64,000 bases of DNA, from positions 39,742,001 through 39,806,000 of the forward strand of contig NC_087251.1 in the NCBI RefSeq assembly GCF_037042905.1. The letters are read 5' to 3'. The DNA comes from Lytechinus pictus. Its lineage: Eukaryota. This document shows positions 13,472 through 26,805 of this stretch, piece after piece. The translations under genes and the position numbers were made by a program. The notes beneath the pieces were generated by a model that saw only the letters and a list, made by a program, of their open reading frames with translations, was not told the origin of the DNA and ran no database searches. Position 1 is the stretch's first letter. The number at the start of each line of letters is the position of its first letter.

Positions 13472-13780
13472 GGGCCCCATCATACAAAGAGTTACAATTG
13501 ATCCAATCAATCGTAACTATGGAAAACCAGCAAAGTCAACGTATAAATACATGTTTGTTATAAAAAAAATTCTAGATATGTATATCCATAAATTCATTGA
13601 TTTCTTGACAATTTGGTGTGTTCTCCTTTGTTTACAAAGGACATTTTGCAAATTTCTTGTAGAAAAATGTTTACAAAGGACATTTTGCAAATTTCTTGTA
13701 GAAAAAAAAGTATGACACCGATGGATTTCCATTGAGTTACGATTGATTGGATCAATCGTAACTCTTTGTAAGATGGGGCC
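13472..13780. mobile_element. MITE, GGGCCC-terminus family
   Basis: TIR ggccccatcatacaaagagttac / gtaactctttgtaagatggggcc; internal ~40-bp tandem duplication; homologous to 10235-10510. Confidence 0.85.
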
Positions 13781-14261
13781 CTGGGAAGCTCTGGGAAAGT
13801 GTGTTCACACTGTGGTCACATTGTGGACTACGTCAATTATGATTTGCACTGTTAAAATGCTTGAATTTATTAGTGTGAAGACATTTCCATCACTTTGAGG
13901 GCACCTCTACAGTGTGAATGTTCACAGTGGGCGATGTAGAAATGTGATCCACACTTTGAAAATGCTCGAATTGAATAGTGTGACGATGATTTCACACTGT
14001 GAACACACCGAGACTTAGTTCCACTGTGTGACACTGTAATCTTTCCGGTAGGGATGGCTCTTATTCTAAAATGATGGTACTTGGAAGATAGAAAGGACAT
14101 CTTATCACCCTCAACATTCCAACTTCCATGATGCTCAAGGAGCCTCATAGTGTGAAATCATCTTCACATTGTTGAATTTTAGCATTTTAACAATGTGGAT
14201 TACTTTTCCAATATGTAGTCCAATAACACAATGTAGAGGTGTCCACAGTCCAATATAGCTT

Positions 14262-16770
14262 TCAGGAAAATGAAAAAGGATATTGGTAATTTAGAACTCG
14301 AAAGGAAATTTAAACAATTGCGAAATGTGGTACAAAGAAAAGTGAGGAAAGCTAAAGACGAATTTTTCCAAAATCAAATTGAAGACAATAAACATGATTC
14401 TAGGAAATTATGGAAGAATCTCAAAGAGTTAGGTTTAAAAAACAAACAAAAAAATATTCAGAAAAGTGTTATTAATATTGAAGGGGAATTATGTCATGAT
14501 AATCTAAAGATAGCCAACGAATTCAACAATTATTTTACAACAGTGGCCGATAAATTAGCCTGTGAGCTCCCCATTACGGACAGAAGTGAGTTTGGGGCCG
14601 ACAGTCCTAATTCAAAAAAACTATACGACAATAAAGGTATACAAAGAGGCTGTTTTAATTTTTCTCCTGTCACAGAAAAGTTTGTATTAGATGAATTATC
14701 CAAGTTGAAAATATCAAAAAGTACCGGACTTGACTTGGTTCCTGCTAGATTTTTAAAGGATGGTGCAAAAAAACGTCTTTATACCTTTAACTTACATTAT
14801 TAACCTATCTATTTCAACTTGTACCTTCCCTGATGAAATGAAAATCGCTAAAGTCACACCACTACACAAAAAGAAAGACAAAACTCACGTTGGCAATTAT
14901 AGACCTATTAGTGTGTTAAGCATAGCGTCGAAAATTTTGGAGAAATGCGTGTATTCTCAAATTGAGAAATACTTTAAAGAATACAAAATCATTTATGAAT
15001 TTCAGTCTGGTTTTAGGAATGGTTATTCTACTGAAACATGTTTAATTCACTTGTTGGATTTTGTTAGGAATGAAATTTCCGAAGGCCGTTATGTTGGCAT
15101 GGTTCTTCTTGACTTACAAAAAGCATTCGATACGGTTAATCATGAAATACTCTTAAAAAAATTAGAAGTGATGGGTTTGAATTCAGCATGCTTGAATTGG
15201 TTTAGGTCTTACTTGACCAATCGCCGTCAAATGGTATCCATGCAAAATGTACTTTCATATTCTATGCCTATAAAGTGTGGAGTTCCACAGGGGAGCATAT
15301 TAGGTCCCATTCTTTTTATGTGCTATATCAATGATATGTGTATTCGTGTTAATGAAAGTAAATTACTTTTATATGCAGACGACAGTGTTTTACTCTATTC
15401 TGATACAAGTCCTAAGCTGATCGGTGAAAAACTTAGCTTAGAATTATCAAATTGTGTTAAATGGATGATAGATAACAAGCTTAGCTTACATGTTGGTAAG
15501 ACTGAAAGTATTTTGTTTTGTTCGCGGGGTAAGTCTAAGCATACAGATGATTTCAATATATACTATAACAATCAATTATTTAAGAGACAGAATTCCGTGA
15601 AGTATTTAGGCCTGATATTAAATAGTGATCTCTCATGTACATCCATGGTTGACTCTATTGTCAAAAAAGCTAATGCTCGCTTGAAATTTCTATACCGGTA
15701 CCAAAATTGCATGAATACGAAATCCAGGCGCATTTTAAGCTTTTCGTTAATACAGTGTTTATTTGATTATGCTAATGCAGCATGGTACTGCAGTCTTGGA
15801 AAGGTTGATCAAAAAAAGTTTATAATTATTCAAAATAAGATTATTAGATTTATTACTTGCTTACACCCAAGAACACATGTTGGGAAGAATGAAATCGAAA
15901 AAGCTGGCCTTCTTCCCATAGACTTGAGGTCGCAACAACTTATACTTCACCATGTTCATAAAATTTTCTATTCAAACGAATATCATTACATATCAAAAAA
16001 TTTTACACGGTCATCTAATATTCACGGGCATGAAACAAGAAATAGTCTGTTTAACTTTGTTGTACCTATGAGAAAAGGTCAAATTGGTAACACATTTTAT
16101 TATAAAGGTATACATTTTTGGAATTCCCTCCCTAATCATGTTAAATCGGTTAAGACTTTTTCACAATTTAAAAGAGTATTGAAACAACACTTAAAAAATG
16201 TCCCCACTCTGTAATGTTAAATAGTGTAGTCTTATATATAACTATTTAGATATGATTTTTTTTTAATCAACTTGTTTTACATTGTTTCATCATCTTTTGT
16301 TGTTTGTGTGAAAGTTTGATGTCAAACTTATTTGTACTTTTTCATATCTTAGGTTTTACGATTCATGAATCTTGTATTAGTTACGATGCATTTACCGCTA
16401 CCTAAAAATTGATTATTAGTATAATTCTCATATGTAACTTAGAAGTAATGATCGTTTACTCAACCTGTTTTACAATTATTTTAATCGTATTTTGTTGACT
16501 GCGTGTTTTTCATGGCAAACTTATTTGCTTTTGTCTTTTTATATATTAAGTTTTACAATTCATCGTGTTAATTTAGTGGTCTAGACTTAATTGACGTAGT
16601 TTGTAGATTTCTATAGGTGTTTTTCATAGATGTACATTGTCTTCAATTACTGATGTAAGGACCCCATTGGAAATAAGCCATCTCGGCTTTCATGGGTTAT
16701 CCTGTCAAGGTATACACTTCTGTTCATATTTTCTTGTACTTGTTCATAGTTACCTGACAAATAAATCAAA
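14262..16770 (+). mobile_element. CR1/L2-group LINE, 5'-truncated, RT domain nearly intact
   Basis: KSTGLD, GNYRPIS, QSGFR, LDLQKAFDTV, GVPQGSILGP, LYADD, VKYLG, WNSLP motifs; single frameshift in an A7 run at ~14767-14773; 3' UTR with stem-loop and aaataaatcaaa tail. Confidence 0.93.
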
Positions 16771-16834
16771 ATTATATTCATGTTATTCATTTTGAGCATT
16801 TATGCAGTGTGACTGACATATTCACAGAGTGAGC

Positions 16835-17482
16835 AGACTGTGAACACACCATGTCCACTATGTGGACTCATTGTGAATTTACCATGTCCACTATGTGAAC
16901 ACATTGTAAACATACCACATCCACTATGTGAACACATTGTGAATATACCATGTCCACTGTGTGATCACACTGTGAACACACCACATCCACTATGTGAACA
17001 CATTGTGAACACATTGTAAATATACCGTGTCCACTGTGTGAATACACTGTGAACGCACTATGTCCAAGTATGTGAACACACTGTGAACACACCACATCCA
17101 CTATGTGAACACATTGTGAACACACCATATCCACTATGTGAACACATTGTAAATATACCATGTCCACTGTGTGAATACACTGTGAACGCACTATGTCCAC
17201 TATGTGAACACACTGTGAACACACCACATCCACTATGTGAACACATTGTGAATATACCATGTCCACTTTGTGAACACACTGTGAACACACCACATCCACT
17301 ATGTGAACACATTGTGAATATACCATGTCCACTTTGTGAACACACTGTGAACACACCACATCCACTTTGTGAACACATTGTGAATATACCATGTCCACTA
17401 TGTGAATACATTGTAAACACACCAGTGCATCCACTATGTGAACACACCACATCCACTATGTGAACACATTGTGAACACACCA
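16835..17482. repeat. minisatellite, ~33-bp unit (ccactatgtgaacacattgtgaacacaccacat), itself built of ~11-bp subunits
   Basis: Roughly 19 tandem variant copies; explains the three Cys/His-rich repetitive ORFs in the track. Confidence 0.95.
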
Positions 17483-17494
17483 TTTCTACAACCA

Positions 17495-17775
17495 GTTCGT
17501 CTAATATCCAATTCCTCTTATTCCTTTAATATTGTCATATGGTCTAATGACCGGTTGGTCTAATTTACACTTGGTCTAATTTCCGTTTAGTCTAATTTCC
17601 ACTTGGTCTAATATCCAATTGGTCTAATGACCACTTGGTCTAATAGCCAAATGGTCTTTTGACCAGCTGGGCTAATCGTCAATTGGTCTTATTTTCATTT
17701 CGTCTAATTGTCATATGGTCTAAATGATCGTTTGGTCTAATTCACACTTGGTCTAATGTTCATGTAGTTTAATAT
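17495..17775. repeat. degenerate tandem array of ttggtctaat (~17-bp period)
   Basis: More than 10 copies of (t)ggtctaa; related remnant at ~43480-43640. Confidence 0.8.
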
Positions 17776-18004
17776 AAAATCACTCATTATGATTTATTTG
17801 ATCTACAATTAACAAATATGGTCATGGATAAATAAATACACCATGCATCAAGACATGTCGCCAGGAACCGGAGGGGTAGAACTGCGACTTCCACTGGTAT
17901 AGAAACATGCATTGGTTTCATTTGTTTCAATTATTGTATAATGTTATGCAAATGAAACTAAGAAGTAGTAGGTACAATACATAAATTTGCTTTGTGAGAT
18001 GTTA

Positions 18005-18172
18005 CACTTTAAAAAATGAAGTGCTATAATTTAGCACTTACAGTGCTTGTATAGTGACTGCACTACGAGTGCTGATTTTCTAGTTTGAATTTGAACTAGA
18101 AAATCAGCACTAGTAGTGCAGTCACTATACAAGCACTGTAAGTGCTAAATTAGCACTTCAATTTTTACAGTG
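18005..18172. mobile_element. foldback MITE with CAC...GTG termini flanked by TA
   Basis: ~80-bp arms, nearly perfect palindrome centred near 18090. Confidence 0.85.
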
Positions 18173-18591
18173 TACTCATGACAAACAGAAAATGCAATAT
18201 ATATTTTAATGTAATATTTATATAATAATCGACAAGGGGGGCAAAAAACGGATAAAGTTTGGAATTCGCCGTCTAAAATGTTTTAAGCATGATGACGACA
18301 CATATATGAAAATAACCTCTGCAATCTACTGCTGATGGTAACATAGTGATTGCCCTTCATACGACTTCGCAATGGAATTTGTTTTGATTGTGTGGCCCTG
18401 GGCGCGAAACCAAATTCTTACACAAGGATATAAATACACCGGCTATTGCGTGGTCGTATAATGTCAAAAGCAATTTATGATGACCATACTCTGTTCTGTT
18501 GTTTTAGGATTTGTGTCATAGAATGATTAGTTGTGGCACAGAAGACAGTCGAGCAGAAGAGGAGGGGGAGGCGGGGGAGTTAGCTCATTAA

Positions 18592-18752
18592 TACCTTGGT
18601 CACATTTGCCCTACGGCGGCCGTACGGCGAGTCAAAAACAGCCGTTTTGTTAATTTCAATTCAAATCACCTATATGCAGCTGGTACAAAAATGTTAAAAC
18701 GGCTGTTTTCAACTCGCCGTACGGCCGCCGTAGAGCAAATGTGACCAAGGTA
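18592..18752. mobile_element. MITE with ~58-bp TIRs
   Basis: taccttggtcacatttgccctacggcggccgtacggcgagt... / ...actcgccgtacggccgccgtagagcaaatgtgaccaaggta. Confidence 0.85.
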
Positions 18753-20264
18753 TAAAGCACACATAAAAGCTTTTCAAATGTCTTGTATATAATATTTTCG
18801 CACTAAGAATGCACATACCCGGCACATACTAAAAGAAAGTTCGATCATTCAGTCACCAAGCATTATAAAAAGGTGCTGTTACCAATTTCAAAGTTGCAAA
18901 GTTGAAAGTTTGGGAAGTTACAATTTGCATTCAATTTAGACCTAGACATTTCATATACTTTTACATCTGCGCACCCTTTTCAAGTTGAAATACGAGTATA
19001 TTATTTGCTATTGTATTTGAGGTGCAATGTTGCACTTTCATTTCTTCTGGAAGTAACAACAGAACAAAATGAACAATATTGCAGAACTCGCATTTGATAA
19101 CATTTTTTTTTCATGTCACTTAAACAAAGTTCTTATTTTTGCAAACACACACACATACACCAAATTTCTGAGCAATATTTTTTATATGAAGAATGTGTTC
19201 GATGGAATAATTAGAAATATCTTGACATATTCGACAATACTTCTATTTAGATTAAACTGTATGTGATTAAGGTATATACTACATTATTGGTATAAATTAG
19301 AAGCAATTGACAATAGACTGTAGACACCTGATAACCTTACCGACGTTTTTTTTTTCTTCTGAAATGGGATATTATTAATTGTCAACCATTGTCAAGGGAC
19401 TAGGTTCGTTCAGTATCATGACATCTGAAGCTGCCACCCGAACCAGAAGCTGGGGATGATTGTCTTCACGACTCTGACGATAACATTCATATAGTTTACT
19501 ACCCTATAATATATCACATGATTGTAATTCTGTAATACCGGGTGGGATCAACATATTTTGCTGTCTGGGACGGTACGTGAAGACGCGAGATAATAATTCC
19601 TCCTATATGCATGGCAGAAAGATGACTAGGTTGTTTGTTGGAAACGTTTAATGTGAATATGAATGGCCCGTCGTTTTGGAAGAGGGGAAAGGGGGGGGGG
19701 GGTGTGAACTTGAAAAAAAAGGTTGCCATTGCTGGAGGACCAGAGTGATCTATAGTGCACTCCAAAAAAAAAGAACGCACACGATTTTTGAAATATCTTT
19801 TCAGACAATTTTTCCCCAATATATACCACGGCTGTAATACTATATTTTTTCTTTGATGAAACTCATTTTTTTTTTTTTGGGGGGGGGAGGTGAGGTAGTA
19901 ATCACGAGTTCACGACCATTTATAGAAAACTTTGTTGTCCTGATACAACGAAGACAGTTATTGTTATACAGATATCATGATCATCTTCTTTTGTATGGTT
20001 GTCAATAAAATACGTGGTCCGCAGATAACATATTTTCAATAAATTTGCTATTTCAGGATTTTAGAGGCAAATGCGATTTTAATTATTCAGTAATGATTTG
20101 AAGTTTTAGAGTAAGATTTTTAATCTATATTTTATCTATTCATTCCCGAACATTGTTAATGGCCACGTTCTCATTTTGCTTGACCAAAACTTCTTTTTCC
20201 CTTTCTCTTTATGTTTTATTGATATCGGTTATGGTCTTCTCTCTCTCTCTCTCTCTCTGTACAG

Positions 20265-20523
20265 TTGTTACATCGACCCCCAGCACCAAGGGGTAAGGAT
20301 ATACGAAAACCGAGGCTTCAAGAAGACCCAAATCATTGATGGAAAAAAGCCAATTTCGGGGAGCGTGGACCCCCACCACATCAAGACCCCGGTGCGTCCA
20401 GGAGAAAATAACTTCGAATTCCGCTCTCTGAGCGGAGAGGTCCGACTGGAATTTGAAGTCATTCGCGATCCAGACTTTCCCAAACCGAAGGCTTTTAAGT
20501 TCAATTACGTTCTCGCGCTGTGA
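20265..20523 (+). CDS. uncharacterised meteorin-like protein, exon 3 of 3
   Basis: (CT)n tract + ACAG acceptor, phase 2, GC-rich codons CYIDPQHQGVRIYEN...AFKFNYVLAL then TGA; total CDS 221+120+259=600 nt. Confidence 0.78.
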
Positions 20524-21270
20524 TTTTGACGTTGATACCTTACGACGCTAATGACACAGGCGACGTGTTTAATGGCCAGGAATTCGAGCCTTGAAGACGC
20601 CAAGGGTTCAAAAGTGACCCTGCTGCTTTAGTCATCTGCTGTGAAAATATTCGTTGCCTCTTCGTGAATTAGGTGTTTGGGATAATTATTGGAGAAGTGT
20701 TGGTGTGGAGTAATTTTTGTCGCTTGTTTCTGATTTTGTTTAATTGTAAGAGGTTGGGTGTTGGCAGGAGACCTGATCATCCAATATAAAATCGTTCTAA
20801 ATACAGAAGGCTATAGCGTCAGGAGCGTCTGATGGTGCGCCGAGTTTTACATGCAGTCAGCTCGGAGTTGACATTCCAATGTACCCAAGATCAATCTTTT
20901 ATGCAACAATTTCAAAACAAACAACTATGATTTGCTGTAAGACAAGGGGACATATTCAGAGATAAATGAATGATGATGCGTCAGAACATGAATATGTAAA
21001 TATCTGCAGCCCGGAGTATCCCTTTAAGTGAACGAAAAACACTCCTTGTGTTATTTCAGTAATAGGGGTATATACCAAACTATCTGTTTTCAATATTTTC
21101 CTTTTTCTATTTCTCTTTCTTCTCAACATTTTCTTCTCTTTATCTCATTGAAAATTGTAATTTTTCCCCGACATTAGTGTCGAATTGAGCCAGCTAGCCG
21201 TTGATCTGGGATCCTGATAACATCGACATTAAGATTTACGATGGTTCATGAAAGCAAATTAACACCTCCA

Positions 21271-21457
21271 GGGGCCCTTTCATAAAACACGGTTTGTAAG
21301 TTTAAAGTGGCTTTAAGAACAACTGGTGATCTTTTCTTGTGGTAAATGATTAAAATGTTCACTGGTGAATATTTAGCGTGCAAGAAAGGTAGAAAGGTTC
21401 GCCATTCGTTCTTAAAGTCTTTCTTAAATTACGAACAGCTTTATGAAACACCCACCA
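21271..21457. mobile_element. MITE (tttcataaa TIR family; relatives at 39349-39520 and 42434-42967)
   Basis: gggccctttcataaaa ... tttatgaaacacccacc termini. Confidence 0.7.
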
Positions 21458-22517
21458 GAGCAGATATCCTTGTACCCTGCCTGGCGCACACTAGGTAGTG
21501 TAAATGTTCCGTCATACACATATACTCCCCATAGAATCTGAATAATATCATAAAACCAGGGTGGCGCATTACATGCGCAGAAGCACTATCCGAGCACTGC
21601 TCGGCGAGCAGCCGTTCATCAAGCTACCCAAATCTCCCTGACGCATTGCGTGCCGTCACGAGTCAGCCTCGGACTCTCGATCTCAGTTTAAGCATGGACC
21701 TACACATGGTTTAAGTATATCAAACTAGAATGTAACGCACAAGCTCGCAAAAGTTTATTGAAAAAAGTATTACTTAGATTTCAATTTTAAATGTCTGCCC
21801 ATTATAAGAGAGATGGGTACATCAAATTATACTTTTAGTTACGTGTAACAATATTTTGTTCTCTTTATGTGTGACCACTGTGATATGCAATGTTACTTTT
21901 ATGTTAATCACAATTTTTGATGTATATAAAACGAGTCTCATCATGGAAATTGCGACAGCTTTCCAACGTATCGTGACACATTATTTCGTGGCTTTCAATC
22001 ACGTGCGTTACGGCGTTCTGTTCTTATATGCGTTCCAAGTGCGTTCCATCGCCGATCGATGATGAAGTATCTTCAATATTTCGTCAAGTTTCATTGTAAA
22101 CTGTGCACGGTCTAACTGGTCGGGTCTCCTCAATACGATGTAGTATTGATTCTAATTAATTATCATAATACCTGAGCTTATAGCAGATCTATAGCACTTG
22201 AAAGGTATCCAAGTCAATCAAATGAAATAGTTTTGCCTTTATGGTTCTGAAACAGTATCCCCGAAGCAGCTGTGTATAGGCCTAAATCCAATCAATCAAT
22301 TACTAGTAGGTTATCGTCTTAGATAAGCCCTAGAGTTTCAAAAACAAAGTTGTTTTGAAATAGCAACATTCCCGAATCGGTATGAACTTACTTTTTCTAC
22401 TGTTGAAAATGGCTATATATATTTCAAAATTAGTTTTGTAATTGTTTGTATTGCTGTTGTTGTTCTACGAATACAGTCTGTGGAAATATTTGCTTATACT
22501 TTGTTGTAAATAGGGCA

Positions 22518-23072
22518 TGTAACAACCGATAATGTCGCAGATTGCAACATTATGCCTATAGAGCGTCCAACGCATAATGTCGTTACTTTTCTAACGCATA
22601 ACGTCACATATCGCAACGCATAAGGTCGTGGCAAATTTCTAACGCATAACGTCACAGTCACGTCGTAACGCATAATGTCACAGCGGTGTTTCTATCAGGA
22701 CTCGAGTTACAGATAATATATGAAATATGCTTTCACTCAGTATTTGGTTTAAGCTAACATTTTGAAAAGTGTGTGTGTTTGGGGTAGGCGCGGGTGCAGG
22801 GTAGTGGGTCCAGTATCGAATCCATTATCAGGAGGGGGGGGGGTTATGTATTTTTACTTATTTTGCGAGAGAGTGGAGTCATTGAGTACCTCTTTATTGT
22901 GTTTTAAAGACAATTTAAAATACAAATTTAACTATTAGTAGTTCACGACGTTTTAATAAAGAATTAAAAAAAGTTAAAACAAAATATAATGTGAAGTTGT
23001 TCTAAATCACACACTCTCACCCACATACACCATCATATACATACATACATACATACATACACCCATATATAT

Positions 23073-23105
<33 letters not shown>

Positions 23106-23216
23106 TATGGGTATGTGTTTAGATATATATATTATATTTGTATAATATACTTGCCCACCCTTACACATACTTTAAAAAAGTTCAGATGCGTTGCTGCGAC
23201 ATTATCGTATGTAACA
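22518..23216. mobile_element. TGT...ACA element with 5-bp TSD
   Basis: TIR tgtaacaaccgataatgtcgcag / ctgcgacattatcgtatgtaaca; gggca on both sides; subterminal aacgcataa(t/c)gtc repeats and (TACA)n. Confidence 0.75.
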
Positions 23217-23849
23217 GGGCATTGATGTACTAACAACTAACAAATAGATTTTATAAACAAAATGAACTTATGCAGCCTTAACTTTTAGTAGAACCCCTTC
23301 CAAATCACATGAAAAGGCGAACACGTATTTATTACCAAATTTTGCATAGTATAGGCGCCTTTTATAAATGTCTATTACATGTGACTAAACTATGGAGTGG
23401 CTTTATACAGCTCCCTAACTTTAGGTATTTTTTTTTTTTATTAAAAGGCAAATGCAATATGCATAGTCAAACATTTTGGGGGTGATATTCAACATTCAAA
23501 TTTCATCAAATTTCCTTTCAATTTAAAATAGGTCCTCGGAAAAATAGATAAATCTTATTTTACTTTTATTTTGATGATACTAATAAATTACTTACAAGTA
23601 ATGATTGAATGAGAAATTAAATCATCCGATACTACCAAGTACATTTTGTTCGTGACGTGTATCCACTTTCTTTTAATTGAATAGGAATACTAAAGATTTA
23701 TATAGATGTCACCAATAACATTATTTTGAAGTATAAACGTGGCAAAGGATGAGTTTTATCATCAATGAGAAGTCGTCAGAAAATTGCAAGATTTCGTCAA
23801 AGCGAAGAAAGAAATAGGAAAATCAATGTATTGGCTTTTGTATGTAAAT

Positions 23850-24126
23850 AGTAAGATTAAATGAGAACTTACCGTTTAAAGTTTGATCTTTATTTTATGA
23901 ATATTTAGGAGTAGGCCTAAGTTATTACTTAGAGATCCCACCCGCGCATGCGCAGTCAATATTCAAAGCTCCATATGTGGCTGCGAACGATATAATGTAG
24001 TAAGAAATAGAACTTACACTACAGTTTGAAATTTGGGTGGATGAGGAGGGCACGTAATTACTTCCTCCTAAATATTCATAAAATAAAGATCAAACTTCAA
24101 ACGGTAAGTTCTCGTTTAATCTTACT
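23850..24126. mobile_element. MITE with ~62-bp TIRs
   Basis: agtaagattaaatgagaacttaccgttt... / ...aaacggtaagttctcgtttaatcttact. Confidence 0.85.
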
Positions 24127-24904
24127 ATTAATTTCATATTTCCTCGATCGTTATTACATGAGATTTTGAAGGCAAGTAGCCACATTTGGGAGAAAAAAAC
24201 ACCAGCATGTATGTGAGCACTAATAAAGAAAGAGTTCTCTTTCTCACGAAGTGGGCTTGTTCTCTCATAAATAATGTTTGACATAAATTATCTAACAACG
24301 CACAGTCTCCTGTCAGGGGGCTATGCTCCCTTGCAGTTTAAATTCAGATTGGGTAGGTTTACTTTGTTTCAACGGTTCATCCATGGAGGGTCTTTCTACC
24401 TCCATGCATGGTTCGACACAAATCCCCCTTTCAGGGTCTCTTCAATACATGTAAAGTTTGCACTCTTTGAGCAAACGGGGCGTTTCATTTTTAGCCTAAT
24501 CACAAAATAGTGAGAATATATTTGGTCACATGATGCTATATAAACCAATCAGCATACATTGATTTAATTTATATAGGATGTAAAATACATTATTCATTTA
24601 ATACATGTTTTGCCTTAGCTAGTTTTATAAGATAAGTATAAACAAGTTTACCACTTTAAGATTGTAGTTTATTACATTTTGAAAATTACATGTTCATTAT
24701 GAGAAATGGTGCTTTTGATAGGATTAAAATTTTCGAAAATAAGTTTTTGTTGTTTTGTGCTTTCTTTCTTCGGAAATGAGTTGACTTTGTGCATTAATTT
24801 TTTAAAAGCTAAATTGAGTTGTATAATTATACGTATGAGTTTTTAAAATGTATTTTGTAGAATTACACAGAGTAAATCTTATATTATTTCGTTCTCATCT
24901 GATA

Positions 24905-25690
24905 CTAACCAGATACGCCTTAAAGTACCCTCTCCTTATTCCCAAACCAAAAACGGAAATCATGAAAAAGTCCTTTCAATATTATGGTCCGTTCCTCTGG
25001 AATAAGCTTCCCTCTAATCTTAGAAATTCAACATCCCTTAAAGTATTCAAAACTAAATTTAAATTCTTTCGGCTGAAGCCTTAGTTTTAGACCCCACTAG
25101 GATCGTTTTTTTTTTTACTTTGCATGTATACGTTTCCTAATCTTATTTCTATGTCCTTTGTAAAATATGTATATGTTCTTTTTATCGTTGCAGGGCCTCT
25201 TTGTAAATCAGTTCTATAATTGAAAGTGCTACCCTGCGTAAATAAAACTGAAATAAATAAAAAAAAAATGAATAAATATTTGGCATATTATTAATTGTAA
25301 AATTCGTAATTGCTCCAAAATATCTCTCTGAATTAATCCAGGCATACACTCCCAGTAGGTCCCTTCGTTCTGCAAATCAACATTTCTTAACTGTCAAAAA
25401 AGCAAAAACTATATATTTTTTTTGGGGGGGTGATAGGTACTTTTCAAGCTCTGCCCCACGTCTTTTGAATACTCTTCCAGCTTCCCTTCGTTGTATTCCA
25501 AATATAACATTGTTTAGATCCAATTTAAAGATCTCATGAAGAAAGCATATTCAACATAGCCCCATTTACAGTTTTCTCAATATTTTTAAATGTTTTTGTT
25601 ATATAATTTCTATTTCACTTTTGTTTGTATATCTCATTATGTTCTACATTGAAGAGCGCTTTGATATGGATTTCATGAAAAGCGCTATAC
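24905..25690 (+). mobile_element. two adjacent 3' fragments of CR1/L2-group LINEs
   Basis: IPKPKTEIMKKSFQYYGPFLWNKLP..FKTK plus 3' UTR and A-rich tail to ~25268; second fragment YTPSRSLRS..SAPRL ending in agcgctttga...agcgctata. Confidence 0.75.
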
Positions 25691-26805
25691 AGTGCGTCCC
25701 CAAAAAACTATACACTTTTGAAATGGCTGCAAAAATATACAAAAATATATCACTTTGGGGAAAACACTTACATATATGGAAGCCAATAAAGTCATCTTTA
25801 AAATGACACCAAACAGTTGGAAAATTTATGATATTCCAACCTGAGAACTGGAAATTCTAAGCATTTGTAACCAGGAACAGAATGAATACCTTACTAAACA
25901 ATGATTGATGCGAGAGCAGAACGCAAGCCAAAAATTTGTGATATTCCAACCTGAAAACACTGGACATTCTAAACATTTTTGCAACCGTGAACAAGCGCGA
26001 GCCTGAATTTAATGATTTTTTAACCTAAAATGCATTATATTTTACTTCAAAAAGGGTATTTCTCTTTTTAAAAGGGCAAATTTAATTTTGAAAAAAAAAA
26101 GGCATCTATTTTGGAAAAAGGGAATTTTTCCCCACAGGGAATTTGGGGGGGGGGGGGGCAAGAGAGCACAAAGCACAAGTTGACATTTTCAAATGCTGAA
26201 CTGAAAATGAGTCATGTTTTAGGACTCTTTTCATGGTTCTTTTCTGCTTACAACCACTTTTGAATTTCAATTATCATTTCTTGTATCTTCTACACTTATT
26301 TTACCTAAAAAAAACCGGAATAAAAAATACTAACAAAATAAGGTGATCTTCAAAAGGATATAAAAATAATTTTTTTAAACTTTGTTTTGTCAATCTCAGT
26401 GAGACACTAGTCTAAAAACACAATATACAAAATGAGAAAAGATGTACTACCTATCAACGTATTAACTGATTTTTCAGTAATTACATAGATATTCTGGCCT
26501 ACCAGCCAAATGTGTCACCCCATCTTTCTCTCCCCCCCCCTCCTCTCTCTCTCTCTTCTCATTCCTCTTCCTCGCTTGTTTTAAAAATGTCAGACCCGCC
26601 CACCAAAAGAGAGAGAGAGAGAAGAAGTTCCATCACCGAGAAAAACTTAGAAAAGGAATAGGAGTAAATGTGATATTATTTTTCTAAACATATTCTCACA
26701 TTTTATCACAAAATAAGCTTTTCTTATTAAGAGTATTTTTTTTGCTCGCTTCCAACTTTATTTGCCAAAAAGTTGTTCCATATGCCATGATTGGCCGCTT
26801 TCTTT

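Noticed and set aside
16868-17483. Three Cys/His-rich ORFs resembling zinc-finger or metallothionein repeats
   Set aside because: Translations of a 33-bp minisatellite, open on both strands, with no splice context
16835-17775. CRISPR-like array
   Set aside because: Tandem units without unique spacers, eukaryotic context, no cas genes
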